The notes under the pieces were generated by a model. The model had not been told where the DNA came from. It was given only the letters and a program-made list of their open reading frames with translations, and ran no database searches. From Octopus sinensis (taxonomy: Eukaryota): DNA of 7,675 bases. The translations under genes and the position numbers were made by a program. Each line of letters opens with the position of its first letter. The stretch's first letter is position 1. This document shows, piece by piece, positions 1 through 6,126 of this stretch. The DNA lies in NCBI RefSeq assembly GCF_006345805.1, contig NW_021828803.1, positions 1 to 7,675 on the forward strand. Direction: 5' to 3'.

Positions 1-95
1 CCAAGCGGTCACCCATCTAAGTAACTAACTAGGCTCGATGTTTGCTAACTTCGGTGATCGGACGAGAACCGGTGCTTTCAACGTGATATGGCCGT
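1..95 (-). rRNA. 5S rRNA-derived sequence, degenerate (probable pseudogene or 5S-type SINE head); 3' end lies beyond the left edge
   Basis: The reverse complement reads ACGGCCATATCACGTTGAAAGCACCGGTTCTCGTCCGATCACCGAAGTTAGCAAACATCGAGCCTAGTTAGTTACTTAGATGGGTGACCGCTTGG, collinear with invertebrate 5S rRNA from about nt 5 to 98. Changes fall in the box A region (AGTTAGCAAAC vs AGTTAAGCAAC) and the box C region (extra T; TAGATGGG vs TGGATGGG). The first ~4 nt of 5S are not recognisable. Confidence 0.9.
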
Positions 96-322
96 GGAGG
101 CGCAATGGCCTAGTGGTTAGGGCAGCGGACTCGCGGTCGCAGGATCGCGGTTTCGATTCCCAGACCGGGCGTTGTGTGTGTTTATTGAGCAAAAACACCT
201 ATAAGTTCCACGAGGCTCCGGCAGGGAGTAGTGATCCCTGCTGTACTCTTTCACCACTCTTTCTCCCACTCTTTCTTCTGTTGGCCTGCTCGCTTAGCCA
301 AGCGGGGTGGCGTCATTCGAAG
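96..322 (+). mobile_element. tRNA-derived SINE, family 'A' (head and body; 3' end replaced by another SINE)
   Basis: tRNA-like 5' end GGAGGCGCAA, Pol III A box TGGCCTAGTGG (106-116) and B box GGTTTCGATTCC (149-160). The body has ACTCTTTC three times (245, 256, 268). No 3' tail: the sequence switches into family B at 321-322. Confidence 0.8.
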
Positions 323-727
323 TGGCTGTGTGGTAAGTAGCTTGCTAAGCAGCCACATGGTTCCGGGTTCAGTCCCACTGCGTGGCATCTTGGGCAAGTG
401 TCTTCTACTATAGCCCCGGGCCGACCAATGCTTTGTGAGTGGATTTAGTAGACGGAAACTGAAAGAAGCCTGTCGTATATATGTATATATATGTATGTGT
501 GTGTGTGTTTGTGTGTCTGTGTTTGTCCCCCTAGCATTGCTTGACAACCGATGCTGGTGTGTTTACGTCCCCATTACTTAGCGGTTCGGCAAAAGAGACC
601 GATAGAATAAGTACTGGGCTTACAAAAAGAATAAGTCCCGGGGTCGAGTTGCTCGATTAAAGGCGGTGCTCCAGCATGGCCTCAGTCAAATGACTGAAAC
701 AAGTAAAAGAGTAAAAGAGTAAAGAGT
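321..727 (+). mobile_element. tRNA-derived CORE-like SINE, family 'B', copy 1 (first ~8 nt missing)
   Basis: Near-identical to 2301-2720. A box-like TGGCTGTGTGG, B box-like GGTTCAGTCCC, CORE-like CTTGGGCAAGTGTCTT, internal TA/TG microsatellite (476-508), and a 3' tail of tandem AAAAGAGT units (705-727). Confidence 0.9.

Positions 728-730
<3 letters not shown>

Positions 731-814
<84 letters not shown>
731..814. repeat. (GATA)21 perfect tetranucleotide microsatellite
   Basis: 84 nt of uninterrupted GATA units, starting 3 nt after the SINE tail. Confidence 0.98.
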
Positions 815-989
815 CACACACGCGTGCACACACAGTGGATCTCAAAGCAGATAAAGCTATTATTATTGCTCGTGAATATTGGATTTAAAAATCCTTTTGG
901 ATGGAAAAAGTCGAATATATATGTACATATTCAAATGTCACAGTTTCTCAGCTAGAAAGGAAGTGAGCATTCAGTGAATGGTGAAGAGT

Positions 990-1680
990 ATGATCTTTAT
1001 TTAAACAGAATTCTTGTTCTTGCGGCTCGAGTTTCATGCTTTGTGATGCTCAGGCGAGATCTCTCGACTTTCGGTATCTTGGATGGTTGTATACACCATT
1101 GAACTGGATGTTATTTTGTCTAAATCTATTATTTTCATAGGTTGGTTTCTAAATTTACATATTAGGACATAGTCTGCAGTTGTCATCGTTCCATCTCCTG
1201 ATTTGTTGGTTATTCTATTTTTCACTGATCTGCTTCGTAGTTGTTGATCTGTATAAGCTGTTATTTTGAGTCTAAAGTCATTAAAGATTTCTTTCTAGTT
1301 TTTCTAGGTTTTCTCTTTCCCTTTTACCAAGCGTTTATTTAGCGATTGATTAATCTGTATGCTGTATTTCAGATTTCAACGTTTCCGTTGTCCTATTCAG
1401 AAAGCATTCTATTTGTTTATCTATTGCTTAATCACATTCTGTTATTCATTAGATATATTTCAATGGCTGTTGGTCATTCATTCATTTTCTTTTGCTTTTT
1501 TTTCCTAAAAACAGTCTAAAATCACTTTGTACTTAGTATACAGGTGGACGAGGGGGGTGTTATTTCATCCAATGTCTCTAAAGCCTTCATTCTTTTCCAT
1601 GGAATAGTTTGCTTTGTTGTTCCGTTGGAGCATTGTTGGGCCTCCACTACTATTTCCGGAAATGTTGCGTCATTGGGTAT
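990..1680 (-). mobile_element. highly decayed Penelope-like retroelement (PLE) relic: RT C-terminus/thumb, Cys linker, start of GIY-YIG region, 3' end
   Basis: The minus strand is A-rich and gives, in order and across frameshifts and stops, PND...TKQTIPWKR, KEIFNDFRLKITAYTDQQLRSRSVKNRI, RRWNDDNCRLCPNM (CRLC at 1178-1167) and TSSSMVY. This order matches my recollection of PLE motifs KPTD...SIP, IF...AYRR..NL, CxxxxCxxC and CxSxNVIY. It is followed by a hammerhead-like relic (1016-1061) and AATAAA (996-1001). Matches are by eye and individually weak; boundaries are approximate. Confidence 0.5.
1016..1061 (-). ncRNA. degenerate minimal type I hammerhead ribozyme-like motif (probably inactive)
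   Basis: Minus strand: GATCTCGC-CTGAGCA-TCACAAAGCAT-GAAA-CTCGAG-CC-GCAAGAAC. Stem I pairs 6/8, the core is CUGAgCA (G8 changed to C), GAAA is present, stem III is palindromic (CUCGAG), U16.1 is changed to C, and stem II is degraded. Confidence 0.35.
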
Positions 1681-1852
1681 CTAACCAGATTTTAAATACG
1701 AGCTTATTCTAGTCCCGGCAGCAATGATGTCATTTCATCTGTCCTGTTCTGCAAACGTAACTGTTGCGTAAATTTGCTGCGTACATGAGACATGACAGAA
1801 TCATTTATGTAAATACAAGTATAACAGAGCAATAACAAAGCCTGCTCAGGTC

Positions 1853-2017
1853 ATATGTGTGTGTGTGTGTAGTGTGTGCGTGTAGTGTGTAATGTGTGTG
1901 TGTGTGTGTTTGTGTATGTGTGTATGTATGTATGTATATGTATATACACACACACATATATGTATATATATAGATATACATACTTACACACACACACACA
2001 CATATATATATAATATA
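1853..2017. repeat. compound microsatellite (TG)n / (TATG)n / (TA)n / (CA)n
   Basis: Interrupted TG runs followed by TA and CA runs. Confidence 0.95.
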
Positions 2018-2069
2018 CGACTGGGTGAACAAACGAAACAAAGTAGCACTCAGTATATTTAGTAGCAGT

Positions 2070-2270
2070 AAGGCGGCGAGCTGGCAACACGCAAGAAAAA
2101 ATGCTTAGCGGCATTTCGTCCATCTTTACGTTCTGAGCTCAAATTTCACGGAGATCGTCTCTGCTTTTCATCCTTTCGGGGTCGATAAAATAAGTATCAG
2201 CTGAGCACTGGGGTCAATGATTTAACCCCTCCACCGAAATTGCTGGCCTTGTGTCAAAGTTTGAAACCAA
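2070..2270 (+). mobile_element. tRNA-derived SINE, family 'C' (Deu/Nin-domain-like), copy 1, with 16-bp target-site duplication
   Basis: 5' AAGGCGGCGAGCTGGCA, B box-like GAGCTCAAAT, and central GCTTTTCATCCTTTCGGGGTCGATAAAATAAGTA resembling the Deu/Nin domain. Homologous to 4823-5012. Flanked by TATATTTAGTAGCAGT (2054-2069) and TATATTTAGTAGGAGT (2271-2286), 15/16 identical. Confidence 0.85.
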
Positions 2271-2300
2271 TATATTTAGTAGGAGTTACATATAGTTACA

Positions 2301-2465
2301 GGTGCAGGAGTGGCTGTGTGGTAAGTAGCTTGTTTACCAACCACATGGTTCCGGGTTCAGTTCCACTGCGTGGCACCTTGGGCAGGTGTCTTCTACTATG
2401 GCCTCGGGCCGACCAAAGCCTTGTGAGTGAATTTGGTAGACGGAAACTGAAAGAAGCCCATCGTA

Positions 2466-2496
<31 letters not shown>

Positions 2497-2720
2497 GTTT
2501 GTGTGTGTGTTTGTGTGTCTGTATTTGTCCCCCTAGCATTGCTTGACAACCGATGCTGGTGTGTTTATGTCCCCGTCACTTAGCGGTTCGGCAAAAAGAG
2601 ACCGATAGAATAAGCACTGGGCTTACAAAAGAATAAGTCCCGGAGTCGAGTTGCTTGATTAAAGGCGGTGCTCCAGCATGGCCGCAGTCAAATGACTGAA
2701 ACAAGTAAAAGAGTAAGAGT
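2301..2720 (+). mobile_element. tRNA-derived CORE-like SINE, family 'B', copy 2 (full length)
   Basis: Starts GGTGCAGGAGTGGCTGTGTGG, aligns end to end with 321-727, has an internal TA/TG tract at 2464-2510, and ends AAGTAAAAGAGTAAGAGT. Confidence 0.92.
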
Positions 2721-2845
2721 ATATCATTTTAGTAGCAGTTTGACTCAGTTGCACATTACGTGAACGCATGGAGCATATCCATCTCATCCGTCTTATGCAA
2801 CCACGAACTTTAAATCATGTGGCACAGTCATTATTATTATATATA

Positions 2846-2872
2846 CAGGGGTTGGGAAAATAATGGAAACAC
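2846..2872 (+). repeat. left terminal inverted repeat of the Tc1 element
   Basis: CAGGGGTTGGGAAAATAATGGAAACAC (27 nt), preceded by TA. Confidence 0.92.
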
Positions 2873-2955
2873 TCAGCATCATAGCATCATAATTTTGAAA
2901 TATCTGTAAAACCGTCAAAAGCATGTTTATTTTAATGCTTTTCTTTTATCATTAG

Positions 2956-3174
2956 CGTTGCTTAATATTAATAAATCTCCGAACGAAATATAAACAGTAA
3001 CCGCTCGACAACGTAAAGTGTACTAGCCATCTGAATGTGGCTAGCCACTGGGGGTGGGGTGTTACTGACGCTTTTAGCCCACGTCGATCTCCTGGGGCTA
3101 AAAGCGTCAGTAACACCCCACCCCCAGTGGCTAGCCACATTCAGATGGCTAGTACACTTTACGTTGCTTAATAT
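2956..3174. other. nested insertion in the Tc1 5' region bounded by a 13-bp direct repeat
   Basis: CGTTGCTTAATAT occurs at 2956-2968 and 3162-3174. Between them lie 40 unique nt (2969-3008) and the palindrome. Confidence 0.8.
3009..3166. repeat. perfect inverted repeat: 72-bp arms, 14-nt spacer
   Basis: 3009-3080 is the exact reverse complement of 3095-3166 (checked base by base). The spacer is ACGTCGATCTCCTG (3081-3094). Confidence 0.98.
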
Positions 3175-3240
3175 GTTTTACTAAAATTGCTGTTTCCTTT
3201 CAGATACCATAAGAAAAGCGTAATTAAAATTCATTAAATT

Positions 3241-4270
3241 CTTTCGGACTTTCAAAGGGGTCAAATCGTTGGTGCTCGTATGGCAGGCGCTAACATAACG
3301 AAAACAGTCGAAATGTTTGGTGTATCAAGAAGTAGTGTCTTGAAAGTAATGACAGCCTTTGAGAAAGAGGGGGGGGGAATCTTCGTCGAAACAAAACTCC
3401 GGAAGAAAACCAAAACTTTCAGATAGGGACCGTCGGACTTTTAGCCAAATTCTTAGAAAGGATCACAAAAGTACAGCTCCCGAAATTACTGCAGAGCTTC
3501 ATGACCACCTCGAGAACCCAGTTTCCACAAAAACTGTTCTCCGGGAGCTGCACAAAGCCGGATTTCACAAGATGGCTGCAAACAGAAAACCACTACTTTC
3601 TAAAACAAACGTTGCACAGCGTTTAGAGTGGAGTAAAAACCAACAGAACTGGTCCCTAGAGCAGTGGTAGAATGTTATTTCCTCGGACGAGTTATCCTTT
3701 ACCATATTTCCAACCACTGGCCGAGTATACGTGTAGAGACAGCCAAAAGAAGCATTTGAACCTGACTGCTTTCTTTCTACTGTTAAACATGGATGAGGAT
3801 CTGTGATGATCTGGGGAGCTATGCCTTGGAAATACGCTGGCCCAGTGGTTTCCCTTCATGGCAGAATTAATAGTCAAGACTATTTAAGCATTTTATCTTA
3901 TCACATTCATCCTATGTTTGCGGAACTGTTTCCGGGGGAAAACGCATTCTTTCAGGATGATAATGCACCAGTTCACACAGCTAAATTTGTTACTGAATGC
4001 CACGAGGAACATTCTAGTGAAGTTGAACATCTTATCTGGCCACCACAGTCCTCAGATCTCAATATTATTGAACATCTATGGTGCATTTTAGAAAAACAAA
4101 TAAGGAGTCAATGTCCTCCACCATTATCACTACAAGAACTGGAGACTGTTTCACCTGAAGAATGGACAAAAATTCCTTTGGGAACACTTTGTAGGAGTCC
4201 TTTGTACGAGTTCATACCTCGTAGAATTCAAGCTGTAATTGCTGCCAAAGGCGGTCCTACCCCATATCAA
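3241..4270 (+). pseudogene. Tc1-family transposase pseudogene (paired-like HTH N-terminus and DDE domain)
   Basis: LSDFQRGQIVGARMAGANITKTVEMFGVSRSSVLKVMTAFEKE from 3241, with no ATG retained. There is a +1 frameshift in the G9 run (3369-3377), then one frame to the end with stops at 3668-3670, 3734-3736 and 3794-3796. Catalytic D is at 3686-3688 (SDE), D at 3959-3961 (QDDNAP) and E at 4070-4072 (DLNIIEHLW). The sequence ends GGPTPY, with the expected stop now CAA (4268-4270). It joins ORFs 3359-3670 and 3803-4366. Confidence 0.95.
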
Positions 4271-4294
4271 AATAAATTTGTTTGGAATTTTAAG

Positions 4295-4322
4295 GTGTTT
4301 CCATTATTTTGTCAAACCCTTG
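4295..4322 (-). repeat. right terminal inverted repeat of the Tc1 element
   Basis: Reverse complement is CAAGGGTTTGACAAAATAATGGAAACAC (28 nt). The inner 16 nt are identical to the left TIR, and the outer part differs by 3 substitutions and 1 indel. Followed by TA. Confidence 0.92.
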
Positions 4323-4822
4323 TATATAATCACATGTACGCAAATAAATGCAGCGAAAAGAAATAGGGATTAAAGAAATCCAAACGAATACCTTGGTAAG
4401 CACTCTGTTTAATAAATCCGGCTAACAGAGTTCTGACGAGAATGGTTCGTGACGTGACTGTTCTATGAATTGATTAATTACTTTATCAAATAATTCACCG
4501 ATTAAACATGTCAACCACAATCCAATGGCGACAGCTCATTGGATCATTCGAAACATATGTAAGCTTATAAAACATTTCATGAATATAATTTTTCATTCTG
4601 TATACGTAGTATTTGTTTGTGTATTAACGTAACAACGTAAAGGTGCTCAACAACAAATGTGTTGTTGAATGTAATGTCTGTTATACTTTTGTTTTGGTAA
4701 AGTGATCTGATTCCTTATTCCTGAAGTTTTCGTGCAGTTAACATTGATAAATCTTACTCATACCTTTTTTTGTTGCTGTTGTAGTGTACCTGAGCACTGT
4801 ATACAACAATTTCATTCAGAGA

Positions 4823-5012
4823 GCAGAATCGTTAGCGCGGCGGGCAAAATGCTTAGCGGCATTTCGTCCGTCTTTACGTTCTGGGTTCAAATACCGCCGG
4901 GGGTCGACTTTGACTTTCCTCCTTTCGGAGTCGATAAAATAAGTAACAGATGAACACTGGGGTCGATGTAATCGACTTAGAATTTACAGGCCTTGTGCCA
5001 AAATTTGAAGCC
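4823..5012 (+). mobile_element. SINE family 'C', copy 2 (5'-truncated), with (ATT)n tail
   Basis: Shares AAATGCTTAGCGGCATTTCGTCC, CTTTACGTTCTG, CCTTTCGG.GTCGATAAAATAAGTA, CACTGGGGTC and GGCCTTGTG.CAAA.TTTGAA.CCA with 2070-2270. Followed by (ATT)n at 5013-5067. Confidence 0.88.
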
Positions 5013-5030
5013 ATTATTATTATTATATTA

Positions 5031-5067
<37 letters not shown>
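5013..5067. repeat. (ATT)n microsatellite (SINE tail)
   Basis: ATT units with two short interruptions. Confidence 0.95.
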
Positions 5068-5073
5068 GTGTAA

Positions 5074-5147
5074 CTTTTCGTCCTGTTTTGTCCCTTTATG
5101 TTTTCTAATCATGTGTGTCAACCCTTGTGGCCAATAAAAAAGGATTA
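5074..5147 (+). mobile_element. probable isolated SINE 3'-end fragment
   Basis: TGTTTTGTCCCTTTATGTT...CCCTTGTGGCCAATAAAAAAGG followed by a second (ATT)n array. It resembles, from memory only, an alternative 3' end of octopus SINEs. There is no second copy in the window to confirm. Confidence 0.35.
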
Positions 5148-5160
5148 ATTATTATTATTA

Positions 5161-5192
<32 letters not shown>
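5148..5192. repeat. (ATT)n microsatellite
   Basis: ATT array with one ATC unit. Confidence 0.95.
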
Positions 5193-5691
5193 GAGTGAGA
5201 GAGCAGTTCATGCCATCAAAGTGACACTGGGGTAAAATATACGAAGCCCAATATACCCATCATGACTACCCGTCTGATAAAGGTACACCAGGCACATGCA
5301 TCACAACCATATGTGCGCGACATGGTGATCTCATATCAAGATAAACAGCACATGACCTTGCAGGTGGGGCCCAGTTAGAATTTTCTTCAGGTTGAGTAGC
5401 CCATCCCGCTCAAACGGTCCCTGAATAAGGGTTGCTTAAGGATGTTGAAAGAACCACCATGTTTCCAGAGGTGAACTATTCAAACCCAAAGATCCCTCTC
5501 AACACATGGCTATGATGCTCCCCCACTACTTCTGCTCGTGATCAGAGATGCACATATCGTCAGCCACTAAGGGACATGCTCAACTGGTTAAGGTCAAACA
5601 ACTGACAAAGCAAATCTGTGGTATTGAGCAGAATATTTGCTGTAGCCCATCTTTTATAACCAGACAAACAATGTACATGATAACACTTCAA

Positions 5692-5693
<2 letters not shown>
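5193..5693 (-). mobile_element. probable non-LTR retroposon 3' fragment (non-coding) with (AAT)n tail
   Basis: A 501-bp complex, higher-GC block embedded between two (ATT)n arrays. On the minus strand it ends CTCTCTCACTC-AATAATAAT. I recognise it from memory as a common octopus interspersed repeat. No RT motif was found, so strand and class are inferred. Confidence 0.5.
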
Positions 5694-5726
<33 letters not shown>

Positions 5727-5755
5727 TTATTTTATTATTTTATTATTATTATTAT
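5694..5755. repeat. (ATT)n microsatellite
   Basis: ATT array with several ATTTT interruptions. Confidence 0.95.
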
Positions 5756-5760
5756 ATATT

Positions 5761-5813
5761 TGTGTGCGTGCGTGTGTGTGCACACATGCGTGCGTGCGCG
5801 TGTGTGTGTGTGT
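5761..5813. repeat. alternating purine-pyrimidine tract (TG/CG/CA mix)
   Basis: TGTGTGCGTGCGTGTGTGTGCACACATGCGTGCGTGCGCGTGTGTG; Z-DNA-prone by composition. Confidence 0.9.
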
Positions 5814-5957
5814 ACAGAGACAGGGGGCGAGAGCATAGAGCTAGTTTGAAAAACAAGGATCGGTCCGTTAATACGACCCTGTTTAAAAAATTGTTGTAGA
5901 TATATAGTTGTAGCTACGGAGACAAAGAAAACTGCGAGGAATAGAGAAAAGGAGGGA

Positions 5958-6049
5958 GTGTGTGTGTGTGTGCGTGTGCGTGTGTGTCTGTGTGTGTGTG
6001 TCTGTGTGTATGTGTGTCTGTGTGTGTGTGTGTGTCTGTGTCTGTGTGT

Positions 6050-6094
<45 letters not shown>

Positions 6095-6126
6095 TGTGTG
6101 TGTGTGTCTGTGTGTGTGTGTGTGTG
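5958..6126. repeat. long (TG)n microsatellite with TC/CG/TA interruptions
   Basis: 169-nt tract; source of the CV/HT-repeat ORFs in the track. Confidence 0.97.

Larger units (their letters stand above)
2846..4322 (+). mobile_element. Tc1/mariner-superfamily DNA transposon, full-length but inactivated; DD36E (Incomer-like)
   Basis: Flanked by TA at 2844-2845 and 4323-4324, has imperfect TIRs, and contains a Tc1-type transposase pseudogene. Length is 1477 bp, or 1271 bp after removing the 206-bp nested insertion. Confidence 0.95.

Noticed and set aside
96-175. Functional tRNA gene
   Set aside because: A and B boxes are present, but there is no clean cloverleaf or terminator and the sequence continues into a SINE body.
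731-814. CRISPR or other spacer-repeat array, here or elsewhere in the window
   Set aside because: All tandem arrays are 2-4 nt microsatellites without unique spacers, and the context is eukaryotic.
38-845. ORFs 38-340, 231-413, 251-547 and 657-845
   Set aside because: They are read-outs of 5S, SINE and GATA sequence, with no protein-like motifs.
1350-1368. Possible decayed YRDDGLI RT motif on the minus strand
   Set aside because: It needs two deletions and two substitutions, and it conflicts with the motif order that places this region after the RT core.
1805-2549. ORFs 1805-2041, 1851-2123, 2240-2536 and 2334-2549
   Set aside because: They span microsatellites and SINEs; the dipeptide repeats (CV, YI, HT) are artefacts.
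2952-3140. 62-aa minus-strand ORF over the palindrome
   Set aside because: It crosses the insertion junction, has no recognisable motif and is short.
3123-3153. Helitron-like 3' end (GTGGCTAGCCAC, 10 nt, CTAG followed by T)
   Set aside because: The hairpin has only a 4-bp stem, and sequence beyond CTAG is still part of the mirrored arm, so it is not an element boundary.
4520-4561. 8-bp hairpin (4520-4544) followed by CGAAACATATGTA, like a hammerhead 3' half
   Set aside because: There is no CUGANGA core at the required position; the best candidate matches 3/7.
4632-4668. 11-nt match to the palindrome's outer end (ACAACGTAAAG) next to a 9-bp stem-loop (4647-4668)
   Set aside because: Several 11-mer matches are expected by chance in an AT-rich 7.7-kb window, and the match does not extend meaningfully.
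4732-4953. 73-aa ORF and 96-aa ORF 5548-5838
   Set aside because: They run through SINE, retroposon and ATT/TG repeats; the poly-Leu comes from (TTA)n.
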